A stretch of 64,000 bases of DNA from Eledone cirrhosa (Eukaryota). Positions within the stretch are counted from its first letter, which is position 1. The number at the start of each line of letters is the position of its first letter. The stretch spans positions 411,680,001 through 411,744,000 of the forward strand of contig OZ024741.1 of assembly GCA_964016885.1 (NCBI GenBank), read 5' to 3'. Below the pieces are notes generated by a model, which saw nothing but the letters and a program-made list of their open reading frames with translations, was not told where the DNA came from and did no database searches. A program made the position numbers and the translations under genes. This document shows positions 26,305-38,600 of the stretch, one piece after another.

Positions 26305-27628
26305 CATCATCACCGTTTTACGTCCGTTCTTCCACGCTAGCATGGGTTAAACGAGTTGTCCTGTTGTGGGCAGTGTCCGGTCGGCTGACCATGCCTTGCT
26401 CATACGGGAACTGATTCTGGCTTGATTTCTGCAGCTGGATGGCCTTCCTAACACCAACCTCATTTACAGTGAGTGCTGGGTGCTTTTTTGCCGTGGCACC
26501 TCCACGTCCACTTTACAGTGTGGACTGAGTGCTTTTTTGCCGTGGCACCTCCACGCCCACTTTGCAGTGGGAGCATATTGTCTATATGCTTCAGCTTGTA
26601 CCCGTGGGGGGTCAGGTCTTCTGTATTACTGCGTGACGCCAGAGGTCACGGTCGTGTGTCATCACCTTTGAGAGGTGTAATTGGGTAAGGTCGGCTTTTA
26701 TCACCTCATCCCAGGTCTTCTTGGGTCTCTCCACTCCGCGGTTTCCATCGACTTCTAGTGCTCTGCACCTTTTTATGCAGCTGTCATCCTTCATACGCAT
26801 CACATGTCCATACCAACGCAACCACCTCTCCTGCACACAGCATTTGATTTCTCTTATACTCAGTCTCTCTCTCAATTCATTTATGCTTTGCTGTTCACGT
26901 ATATTACTATTACACATCCATCAGAGCATGCAGGCTTCGTTTCTTTCTAATCTACGCAAGTCTTCCACAGACAGCGCCCAGGTCTCACTACCATGTAACA
27001 TTGCTGTTCGTATACATGCATAATACAGTCTGCTTTCATTTTGAGAAAAGCCTTTTGCAGCTAGCAGTGGCAGTAGTTCCCTGAACTTCTTCCATCCCAT
27101 TCTTACCCTAGTTATTGTACTTTCCGAACACCCACCTCCGCCGCTAATTCGGTCACCTAGGTAGCAGAAGCTGTCTACTGTTTCTACAGAGCCCTCCCAG
27201 AGTTTGGTGGTACTTGTTTCCTGTGGCCGTTTGCTGCTTGCTGTCCCAGCACAGCTGCTACATGGGAAGCCTACATTTTTAGTTAAGCTTCCTGAGATCC
27301 TGCTACATCTCTTGTGTACCCATTGTTTGCATTTGGGGAAGAGAATGGAGTTCTTACCTACACCTTTTCTACATACTGAGCAAGGCCATTTCCCTGAGGG
27401 GATCTGGGTTTTGTTTTGTCGTCTACTTACAAGGACCTTAGTCTTTGTCAGGTTGACTTTGAGACCCTTTCTTTCTAGTCCCTGCTTCCAAGTTTGGAAT
27501 TTCTTCTCTGGTTCTACCATAGATTCGGCTATAAGTGCGAGGTCATCTGCATACAGGAGTTCCCATGGGCATCCAGTCTTAAACACCTCCGTTATTGCCT
27601 GCAGGAATATGATGAACAGGAGAGGGCT
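26305..27628 (-). mobile_element. RTE-clade LINE, 3' part (RT C-terminus and 3' UTR)
   Basis: SPLLF...LLYADDLALIAES, FCYLG, HGSETW, RWYGHVMR motifs; (ATG)n tail at about 26305. Confidence 0.9.
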
Positions 27629-27990
27629 TGTAGCAGTAAATAAATATATACTTACTATGTAATTAAATGTATTTTCCTTCTGCGGAAGAATTGTTACGGA
27701 GGTAAATTGGCTGAAGTGTGAGCCAATCAAAACCTTCGGCGGAGCAATACGAGTTACTGGACTACTTAGACCAGATAACATAAGTGAACTCAGAGAGAAT
27801 TGAGTCTCTGGAAATACTTGCTCGCATCAACACGCCAATCCTTCGGTACAGATCAACCTTTTCTTTTCGTTATACCAATTCCATGCTTATACCATGAATA
27901 AATGGAATTACATATTTATAATGGATTTTGTCATTATTTTATGCCTTCTGAATCTACTAACACTTGCAGCGACATATAGTCTTCATTATA
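27629..27990 (+). repeat. 5' LTR (362 bp)
   Basis: TGTAGCAGT...CTTCATTATA, near-identical to 32842-33205. Confidence 0.93.
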
Positions 27991-28193
27991 AATGGTGACC
28001 TGCTGACTTGAACGAACATGCAACAAATCATATTCCATGTACACAACATCGTGCGTTATAATTTTTTTTTTTCACTGCATCTCAAAATTTGAATTTTGCA
28101 CATAAATCCTCCTGGATTCTGATTGGGTGACGCAATCTTCAAAAATTTGCCTGTATTCCGGAGCATTACGAATGGCCATTATATGTCTTCTGC

Positions 28194-28362
28194 GGTGAAT
28201 TGGCAGTATCGGTAGAGGGTTGGACGCCATGTTTTCTAGCATAGTTACGTCCCTTTACAGTCTGAGTTCAAATCCCGCCGAGGTTAACTTTGCCTTTCAT
28301 CCTTACGGGGTCGATAAAATAAAGTACCAGTAATTGCTGGCCTTGTGCCTAAAGTAGAAACA
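28194..28362 (+). mobile_element. tRNA SINE inserted in the Gypsy 5' leader, 16-bp TSD
   Basis: ATTATATGTCTTCTGC at 28178-28193 and 28363-28378. Confidence 0.85.
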
Positions 28363-28549
28363 ATTATATGTCTTCTGCTTTTGTTTGCCAGCCAATTTGA
28401 TTTAAAGGCAACTCCTTTTTGAAAAATATAAAAACATTTTTTATTGTTAACATTTTCCTCTCTGACAACGAAAGAGAATATCATTATTTATATTTTTATT
28501 TTTTTCCATTGGATTCCTTTTGGCCTGCATTTTCCTGTTATTTTCTATT

Positions 28550-31500
28550 GCTTACGGGTATACCATAATTCACGATGGGTAGCACCACATTGCCAGCGTT
28601 TGCCGGCGATGTCTGTGTTTGGTTCGCCCAAATGGAATCGCATTTTACTGCGAACAACATAACATCTGAAGTCAGACAGTTTAAACATTCTCTTGAGTGC
28701 TTTCCCGGCGTCATTGACGACTGTTGTTAAGGATTTGATAACTGATCCGGCCCCTGGAGCCACCTATGAGAGCGTAAAACGCGAGGTTTTGCAGTGGACC
28801 ACGCTGTCCACTGAGAAAAAATTCCAGGCCTTTGTCAATGATGAACATTTGGGTGATAGGACGCCCAGCCAGCTTCTGCGTCGGATGAGAGAGCTGGCGG
28901 AGGATGCCCCAGCTGACAGCGCCTTCCTTCAGCAGCTTTTCTTGTCAAGGCTGCCGCCCAGTGTTCAGGCGATTTTAGCGCCTATGATGGAAGCTACCTC
29001 AGTTGACCAGCTCGCGTCTTCGGCCGGCAAAATTATGAGTTACACCGGAAAGCCAGCCTCCTTTGCTACACCTCAGCGACTGGCTGCGGTCTCTTCATTC
29101 TCTCCAGCGGCTGCTGTCCACACCGATCACTCGCTTGTGTCTGTGGCAATACTTCAAGCCATGGAGCAACTCGCCAAAGAGGTGAGAAAATTGAGTACCT
29201 CCAGGGCTCAATCGCCCAGACATCGCTTCTAGAGCCGTTCGCTCTCGCCACACAAGCAAGCCGGGACTGCGTTACTACCACAGCCGTTTTGGCGCGGCGG
29301 CACGCTCTTGTAAACAGCCCTGTTCGTTTTTCATAACAGACACGGATTCCCAAGCACGTTGTTTGGTTGACACAAGCGCCGCTTGCAGCATATGGCTGTT
29401 AAAACTTCTCAAAGAGAAGCCACCACTTTCACCCATATCTCTGCAAGCTGTAAATCATTCACCAATCCCCACGTACGGTCAAATTTCTCATTCTTTGAAC
29501 CTGGAATTGCGCAGAGACTTCACGTGGATATTCACTGTTGCTGATCTGCCTTACCCTATTCTAGGCTCAGATTTCCTGCACCACTATAACCTTCTAGTGG
29601 ATATGCGCAGACGCCGGTTGTTGGATGCGAACACGGAACAGTCCACCCCGGGTATGAGATCGACTGTCTCATCTATCAGCCCGGTTTTCTTTATCGCCGC
29701 TTCAGAAGATTCTTTTCAGGCGCTGTTACATTCCTTCCCAGAATTGACTAATTTAAATTTTGTGATGAGTAAGCCTACTCACTCAACAAAACACTACATT
29801 GAGACATCTGGTGCTCCTGTGTTTCCACGCCCTCGCCGCCTCCCTGCGGAGAAATTGAAAGTGGCAAAGGCTGAATTCAACCACATGCTGCAGCTCGGGA
29901 TTATACGCCCATCCTCAAGTCTGTGGGCCGCTCCTTTGCATTTGGTTCCGAAGCGTTCCGTTGATTGGCGTCCCACTGGGGACTTTCGCCAGTTAAACGC
30001 GATGACGGTACCCGATGGCTACCCGATCCCACACATACAAGATTTCGCGTCTTCGCTTCACGGATGTAAGACATTCTCCAAATTGGATTTGGTCAAGACT
30101 TACCACCAGATTCCAATGAACCTGGCAGATATACCTAAAACTGCCGTAACAACTCCTTTCGGAGCGTTCGAATTTCTGACTATGCCTTTCGGTTTGCGAA
30201 ACGCAACCAGTACTTTCCAACGTTTCATGGATGAAGTTGTGCACGATTTGGACTTCGTGTATAACTACATTGATGACATTCTCGTGGCAAGTGCCTCACC
30301 TGAGGAACATGTCACTCACCTCCGTCTACGGTTTCAGCAGTATCAGGTGCGAATCAACCTGGCGAAATGTGTTTTGGGTGCGTCTTCACTTGTCTTCTTG
30401 GACCACGTTATCAGCCCTGAGGGAATCTCACCACTGCCTGACAAAGTGAAAGCTCTGCAAGACCTTCATCCGCCTACTTCACTTTGACAGCTACAACATT
30501 TCCTTGGTCTGCTGAACTACTACAGGCGTTTTATCCCACACTGTGCGGATCTCCTGTCTCCTTTATCCGACCTGTTACGTAACAGGAAAAAGAAAAATGA
30601 ATCAATCACACTGGACACGAGTCAGCTAAAAGCCTTCAACGAAGTGAAGCAGAAACTTGCACATCCTGTGTCTGGTGCCCAGTTTTCCCTGGTTGTTGAT
30701 GTATCGGGCACAGCTGTAGGGGCAGTGTTGCAACAGCACCACAAACAACAATTACAACCTCTCGCATACTTCTTGAGACAACTGAAACCTGCAGAAACAA
30801 GATATAGCACATTCAGCCATGAACTCCTGGCTATGTACCTCTCAGAGAAACACTTTCGGCATGCACTGGAGGGGCGACAATTTGCGATCTACACTGATCA
30901 TCATCCGCTTACGTTCTAAGCCGGATAAATATTCACCTCGCGAAACTCGTCACTTGGATTTCGTTTCGCAATTTACCAGTGATATCCAACACATCTCCGG
31001 TGAACAGAATGCGGCGGCAGATGCCTTGTCTCGCCTCCCAATCAATTCCCTGTCATCACCTTCAGATATTGACCTTCAACGGATGGCCACAGAACAGCCA
31101 CCTCTGGATACCTTGGATCTCTCGTCACCTGAATTTGCAACTGCCCACTTCGGACACACAGATTATTTGCGACACCTCGACAGATTCACCTCGTCCCCTA
31201 GTTCCAGTGACTCATCGTCGAGCTGTTTTCGATACCTTGCACGGTCTGGCACACCCCAGAATCTTGACCACAGTGAAGCTCATTCAGACTAGATTCTTCT
31301 GGCCGAATATGAGGCGTGACATCACTGCCTGGACACGTTCCTGCTTATCCCGCCAGAAGTCAAAGGTGCACAAAAACATCCACACACCTCTCGGAACTTT
31401 CAGCACTCCAGACGCTCGGTTCAGTCATGTGCATATAGATCTCGTTGGACCATAGCCGGTCAGCCAAGGATTTACATATCTCCTGACCTGTATAGATCGC

Positions 31501-32200
31501 TTCACACGTTGGCCTGAAGCCATTCCTTTAAGCGACATTTCGGCGGAATCTGTATCGTGAGCCCTAGTATCGGGTTGGATATCGCGTTACAGTTCCAACC
31601 ACTGTCACCACCGACCGTGGTGGACAGTTCGAATCCCATCTCTTCCGAGAACTTTCAAGGATCCTAGGAATTAAGCGCATCCGAACGACTAGCTATCATC
31701 CAGCCTCGAACGGTATGATAGAACGCTTCCACCGCCAATTGAAAGCCGCATTGCGCGCTTATCCGGATCAACAGCAATGGAGCGAGTATGTACCAATTGT
31801 CCTTCTCGGCTGTCGTGTAGCTATCAAGGAGGATCTAGGATACTCCCCAGCCGAACTGGTTTACGGAGTACCATTATCTTTGTCGGGTCAGATGTTGACC
31901 CCAATGGATTTACCTGAAACAGATCCAGCTCTGTATGTGGACAGACTGCGATCTTATTTTAACAATCTTCCGCCTATGAACCCTTGGCAGCAGACAATAA
32001 AATCTTCGGTCCCGAAAGACATTGCTTCGTGGACCCACGTCTTTCTACGGAAGGACGCCGTGAGAGCTCCTCACGTCGCCTTATACCGGTCCTTATCGTG
32101 TGCTTGCACACACAGATAAACTGTTCACTCTGGACATTGGTGGTAAAAAAGAGACTGTATCCATCGATAGGGTGAAACGGGCCTTTACAGACACTCACAC
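28550..32200 (+). pseudogene. Gypsy gag-pol remnants (protease, RT, RNase H, integrase) with stops and frameshifts
   Basis: ORFs 28693..29232 (LGDRTPSQLLRRM), 29363..30487 ([14 protein letters not shown]), 30644..30919 (YTDH), 30979..31455 (zinc-binding region, HIDLVGP) and 31715..32119 (IERFHRQLK). Confidence 0.9.
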
Positions 32201-32568
32201 AAGAGCCCCATATTCCCCTCACATACTCTGCATCAGCCAACACATGCTACACATGCACCATTGCACACACCTTCTCCACCTACACCTACATATGTCACCA
32301 CCACACGTAGTGGTCGGCGAGTACATTGGCACAAGAAGCTTTGCAAGACTGTATATATGAACTATGCTATATAGAGCAAGCTTTTTGAGTTCTTGTCCTC
32401 TCTTGTATTTATATTAAATGCATTAATTAATGTGAACTTTGGACTATTTCTGCTGCTCAGTATTTTTGTTTTTATTTTCCTCTTTTTCTCTGAAGCAAAA
32501 CGCAGACATTCCTGTGAAATGAATATTTAGTTTTCTGTGAATTGATATTGTTTATTTATTTACTGTTA

Positions 32569-32761
32569 GGGCGGTGGATTAGCAGTATTGGTAGAGGGTC
32601 GGACGCCATGCTTTGACGTATAGAGTTACGGCCCTTGCCATTCTGAGTTCAAATCCCGCCAAGGTTAACTTTGCCTTTCATCCTTATGGGGTCAATAAAA
32701 TAAAGTACCAGTAATACACTGGATAATTGCTGGCCTTGTGCCAAAAGTAGAAACAATTATA
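32569..32761 (+). mobile_element. tRNA SINE inserted in the Gypsy 3' region, about 12-bp TSD
   Basis: TATTTACTGTTA at 32557-32568 and 32762-32773. Confidence 0.8.
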
Positions 32762-32841
32762 TATTTACTGTTATATTTTTTTTCTTTCTTGCAACTGCTA
32801 CCCTATTTTCTCTGTCGGCTTTAAGCCTAAGCAGGGGGTGA

Positions 32842-33205
32842 TGTAGCAGTAAATAAATATATACTTACTATGTAATTAAATGTATTTTCCTTCTGCGGAA
32901 GAATTATGTTACAGAGGTAAATTGGCTGAAGTGTGAGCCAATCAAAACCTTCGGCGGAGCAATACGAGTTACTGGACTACTTAGACCAGATAACATAAGT
33001 GAACTCAGAGAGAATTGAGTCTCTGGAAATACTTGCTCGCATCAACACGCCAATCCTTCGATACAGATCAACCTTTTCTTTTCGTTATACCAATTCCATG
33101 CTTATACCATGAATAAATGGAATTACATATTTATAATGGATTTCGTCGTTATTTTATGCCTTCTGAATCTACTAACACTTGCAGTGACATATAGTCTTCA
33201 TTATA
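32842..33205 (+). repeat. 3' LTR (364 bp)
   Basis: About 5 substitutions and one 2-bp indel versus the 5' LTR, counted by eye. Confidence 0.93.
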
Positions 33206-34550
33206 GGCTAAGAACAGAGCCCTGGTGGACACCGACCTGTATGCTAAATTCCTCGCTATAGTCATTGCTAATCCTAACTTTGCTGACTGCTCCCCTTGTA
33301 CAGCTTTCACAAGCCATTCATCTACTCCTAGTTTTCTAAGAGCCCACCAGATTATAGCACGGAGAACTCTGTCAAAGGCTTTCTCGAGATCAACGAATGC
33401 CAGGTAGAGCAGCTTACTTTTAGCTAGGTTCTTTTCCTGTAACTGCCTCACAAAGAAGAGGGCATCAGGGGTGCCTCTTCCTGGCACAAACCCAAATTGC
33501 ATCTCATCTAGTTTCACCCGGTCCCTAATCAACTGTGCTATAACTCTTTCTGTTACTTTCATGACCTGGTCCATCAGCTTTATACCTCTATAGTTTCCTC
33601 TATCTAGTGCATCACCTTTACCTTTGTAGCAGTTGACAATGATGCTACTGCACTAATCCTTTGGTATGACACCTAGTATTACCTGGTTAATAAAACGTGT
33701 GGTTATGGTGTGAGCTGCCGACCCAGATGCCTTTAGCATCTCAGCAGCTATACCTGATGGACCAGTTGCCTTCCCCGTCTTCATATCTTTGATTGCCTTA
33801 CTTACTACACTGCTGCTGACTTGTACTGCTGGCCCCTCTATAGGGTCTACTTGGGGTAGGGTCTCTTCTTCCCATGCATTCTCCTCATTTAGTAATCTAT
33901 TATAATGGCTCTTCCACGCATCTTTCTTCTCAGCACTTGTGAAGGCAAGCTCACCTTTATCATTCCGGATACACTTTTCTCCAATGACATCACAATTCTC
34001 TCTGACACATTGCCTCGCAATCTTGAACACCTCTTGTTTCTGGTCCTCACGTTGCAAAACATGCTTGAATTTTCTATCCTCTGCTTCCCTCCTAGCTAAG
34101 TATACTTGCCGCCTAGCTTCCCTCCTGGTCTCTATGTAATGTACCCTGCTTCCCCTGTTCTTTCCATGCCTGTCTCTTGGTCCTTAACTGCCTCATCTAC
34201 CTTATTGTTCCACCACCAAGTCACTCTCCTCCTGCCTGTGGTCTTACTCCAGCCACAGATCTCATCCGTCGCCTTTAATAAGTTATTTTTTACGAACTTC
34301 CAGTGCTCTTCTACATTGAATGTCTGTATCTGTTCTTCTTTAGTCATAGGCATTGAGTAAAATATCTTTAAATCTGTTACTGGCTGAGGGGTCTTTCAGC
34401 TTCCAGATCTTTCTTTTTCAGGTTCGTCTAATTCTGACCGTGAGGTCGCTGACAACTAAGCTATGTTGGGAGGTACATTCCTCACTAGGGAAGGCTTTTG
34501 TGTTTATGACCGTCCATCTGTCACGTCCTCTGATGAGGATAAAATCTATC
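33206..34550 (-). mobile_element. RTE-clade LINE, 5'-truncated upstream part (end of APE, RT N-terminus)
   Basis: IDFILI at the 5' end; GKATGPSGI, QFGFVPGRGT, FVDLEKAFD. GVHQGSVLS rejoins PLLF across the Gypsy insertion. Confidence 0.9.
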
Positions 34551-34596
34551 TAACATGTATATATATAAACACACATACCTGTGTGTATATATATGT

Positions 34597-34706
34597 TTAT
34601 TAAAATAACAGATTAAAGTTTAAGCAAAGAATTGCTGTTTCAGAAGATCCTGTTAAAGGTGAAAGTAGCGATTCTTTGCTTAAACTTTAATCTGTTATTT
34701 TAATAA
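34597..34706. repeat. Inverted repeat, 36-bp perfect arms with a 38-bp partly paired loop
   Basis: TTATTAAAATAACAGATTAAAGTTTAAGCAAAGAAT and its exact reverse complement at 34671-34706. Confidence 0.9.
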
Positions 34707-34919
34707 GTATTTGCTCTAGGCTTCTTATATATTTGATATATATTTATCCTTATCGAGCCCTCTTTGGATTTTAGTCTTCACATTATTATTATTACTATTA
34801 TTCCCGCTGAAGTTAACTTTACCTTTCATTCTTACGATAAAATAAAGTACCAGTAATACACTGGGGTAATTGCTGGCCTTGTGCCAAAAGTAGAAACAAT
34901 TATTATTATTATATATATC

Positions 34920-35250
34920 ATCATCATCATCATTTCATTTTACGTCCGGTTTTCCCTGCTTGCAAGGGTGGGACGGGAACTGATTCTGGCTTGATTTCTA
35001 CAGCTGGATGCCCTTCCTAACACCAACCTCATTTACAGTGAGTGCTGGGTGCTTTTTTGCCGTGGCACCTCCACGACCACTTTGCAGTGGAATGATAGGG
35101 ACCCCAGTCCCTATCATCTCATTTCTACAGCTGAGCAAACTGGAGCAATGTGAAATAAAGTGTCTTGCTCAAGGAAACAACACATCACCCGGTCTGAGAA
35201 TTGAACTCACAACCTTTCGATTGCAAGGCCAATGCTCTAACCACTAAGCC
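34920..35250 (-). mobile_element. tRNA-derived SINE with RTE-like tail
   Basis: Near-identical reverse copy of 4333-4638, including the tRNA-like head TGGCTTAGTGGTTAGAGC. Confidence 0.8.
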
Positions 35251-35503
35251 ATATATATATATATACACACATATTAATGTATTTCTATACTCCATACCAT
35301 GCAACAGAGAAAGTTACCAAATATAAAACAAAAAATGAAGTCTCATATTGGAATACATAAAGTTGGGGGAGGGGGGATAATATAAAAAAAAACAAAAAAA
35401 AAGTTTCAAATGACAGTAAAAAGATAATTTGAAAATATTTAATAAAAAAAAGTCAGAAATTTATCCATATTTGCATAAATTTGGTGTCAGTATGTCAGCA
35501 GAC

Positions 35504-35680
35504 TCAGTCATCAAAGTGTGCCATTGGGTCATCAGCACGGAACTGTTTAATACGATATGCCTCCATTTCTTCTTCTGTTGGTACTTTAGATTCATACATA
35601 CTGTTATAAGGCCTCTTACGCTCATCTATCTTAAGGTAGTTGGCTGCCCACCGTTGATGTTCTTCCTCAGCTTTCAGAGC
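35504..35680 (-). CDS. SLU7: Pre-mRNA-splicing factor SLU7, terminal coding exon
   Basis: TAG acceptor, 177 bp. Encodes [58 protein letters not shown], the conserved SLU7 C-terminus. Confidence 0.95.
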   Translation of the reverse strand, partial: ALKAEEEHQRWAANYLKIDERKRPYNSMYESKVPTEEEMEAYRIKQFRADDPMAHFDD

Positions 35681-35690
35681 CTACAACAAT

Positions 35691-38600
35691 ATAACAGTTT
35701 ATTGTCAGTCCTCACATAAGTTTATTGCCACTCCTCCCATAACAGTTTATTGTCCCTCCTCACATAACAGTTTATTGTCACTCCTCACATAACAGTTTAT
35801 TGCCACTCCTCCCATAACAGTTTATTGTCCCTCCTCACATAACAGTTTATTGTCACTCCTCACATAACAGTTTATTGACACTCCTCCCATAACAGTTTAT
35901 TGCCACTCCTCCCATAACAGTTTATTGCCACTCCTCACATAACAGTTTATTGTCACTCCTCACATAACAGTTTATTGTCAGTCCTCACATAACAGTTTAT
36001 TGTCCCTCCTCACATAAGTTTATTGCCACTCCTCACATAACAGTTTATTGCCACTCCTCACATAACAGTTTATTGTCACTCCTCACATAACAGTTTATTG
36101 TCAGTCCTCACATAACAGTTTATTGTCACTCCTCACATAACAGTTTATTGCCACTCCTCACATAACAGTTTATTGCCACTCCTCACATAACAGTTTATTG
36201 TCCCTCCTCACATAAGTTTATTGTCACTCCTCACATAGCAGTTTATTGTCCCTCCTCACATAACAGTTTATTGTCCCTCCTCACATAAGTTTATTGCCAC
36301 TCCTCACATAACAGTTTATTGTCACTCCTCCCATAACAGTTTATTGTCAGTCCTCACATAACAGTTTATTGTCAGTCCTCACATAACAGTTTATTGCCAC
36401 TCCTCACATACGTTTATTGCCACTCCTCACATAACAGTTTATTGTCACTCCTCACATAACAGTTTATTGTCACTCCTCACATAACAGTTTATTGTCCCTC
36501 CTCACATAACAGTTTATTGTCACTCCTCACATAACAGTTTATTGTCAGTCCTCACATAACAGTTTATTGCCACTCCTCACATACGTTTATTGCCACTCCT
36601 CACATAACAGTTTATTGTCCCTCCTCACATAACAGTTTATTGTCAGTCCTCACATAACAGTTTATTGCCACTCCTCACATACGTTTATTGCCACTCCTCA
36701 CATAACAGTTCATTGTCACTCCTCACATAACAGTTTATTGTCACTCCTCACATAACAGTTTATTGTCCCTCCTCACATAACAGTTTATTGTCAGTCCTCA
36801 CATAACAGTTTATTGCCACTCCTCACATACGTTTATTGCCACTCCTCACATAACAGTTTATTGTCCCTCCTCACATAACAGTTTATTGTCCCTCCTCACA
36901 TAAGTTTATTGCCACTCCTCACATAACAGTTTATTGTCACTCACATAACAGTTTATTGTCCCTCCTCCCATAACAGTTTATTGTCAGTCCTCACATAAGT
37001 TTATTGTCCCTCCTCACATAACAGTTTATTGTCAGTCCTCACATAACAGTTTATTGCCACTCCTCCCATAACAGTTTATTGTCCCTCCTCACATAACAGT
37101 TTATTGTCACTGCTCACATAACAGTTTATTGTCCCTCCTCACATAACAGTTTATTGTCACTGCTCACATAACAGTTTATTGTCCCTCCTCACATAACAGT
37201 TTGTCACTCCTCACATAACAGTTTATTGTCACTGCTCACATAACAGTTTATTGTCCCTCCTCACATAAGTTTATTGCCACTCCTCCCATAAGTTTATTGT
37301 CAGTCCTCACATAACAGTTTATTGTCAGTCCTCACATAACAGTTTATTGTCACTGCTCACATAACAGTTTATTGTCCCTCCTCACATAACAGTTTATTGT
37401 CCCTCCTCACATAACAGTTTATTGTCACTGCTCACATAACAGTTTATTGTCCCTCCTCACATAACAGTTTATTGTCAGTCCTCCCATAACAGTTTATTGT
37501 CCCTCTCCACATAACAGTTTATTGTCACTGCTCACATAACAGTTTATTGTCACTGCTCACATAACAGTTTATTGTCACTGCTCACATAAGTTTATTGCCA
37601 CTCCTCACATAACAGTTTATTGTCACTGCTCACATAAGTTTATTGTCACTCCTCACATAACAGTTTATTGTCACTGCTCACATAAGTTTATTGCCACTCC
37701 TCACATAACAGTTTATTGTCCCTCCTCACATAACAGTTTATTGTCACTGCTCACATAACAGTTTATTGTCACTGCTCACATAACAGTTTATTGTCACTCC
37801 TCACAACAGTTTATTGTCACTGCTCACATAAGTTTATTGCCACTCCTCACATAACAGTTTATTGTCCCTCCTCACATAACAGTTTATTGTCACTGCTCAC
37901 ATAACAGTTTATTGTCCCTCCTCACATAACAGTTTATTGTCAGTCCTCACATAAGTTTATTGTCAGTCCTCCCATAACAGTTTATTGTCCCTCCTCACAT
38001 AACAGTTTATTGTCCCTCCTCACATAACAGTTTATTGTCACTCCTCACATAACAGTTTGTCACTGCTCACATAACAGTTTATTGCCACTGCTCACATAAC
38101 AGTTTATTGTCACTCCTCACATAACAGTTTATTGTCACTGCTCACATAACAGTTTATTGTCACTGCTCACATAAGTTTATTGCCACTCCTCACATAACAG
38201 TTTATTGTCACTGCTCACATAACAGTTTATTGTCACTGCTCACATAAGTTTATTGCCACTCCTCACATAACAGTTTATTGTCACTGCTCACATAACAGTT
38301 TATTGTCCCTCCTCACATAACAGTTTATTGTCACTCCTCACATAACAGTTTATTGTCACTCCTCACAACAGTTTATTGTCAGTCCTCACATAACAGTTTA
38401 TTGTCAGTCCTCACATAACAGTTTATTGTCAGTCCTCACATAACAGTTTATTGTCACTGCTCACATAACAGTTTATTGCCACTCCTCCCATAACAGTTTA
38501 TTGCCACTCCTCCCATAACAGGTTATTGTCCCTCCTCACATAACAGTTTATTGTCACTCCTCACATAACAGTTTATTGCCACTCCTCCCATAACAGTTTA

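Larger units (their letters stand above)
27629..33205 (+). mobile_element. Full-length decayed Ty3/Gypsy LTR retrotransposon
   Basis: Two LTRs, GGCT TSD (27625-27628 and 33206-33209), PBS-like TGGTGACC after the 5' LTR and purine tract AGGGGGTGA before the 3' LTR. Domain order gag-PR(VDTSA)-RT(YIDD)-RNaseH-IN. Confidence 0.95.

Noticed and set aside
28194-28362. tRNA gene suggested by A/B boxes (also at other SINE copies)
   Set aside because: No cloverleaf was evident. The boxes are heads of multi-copy SINEs with TSDs.
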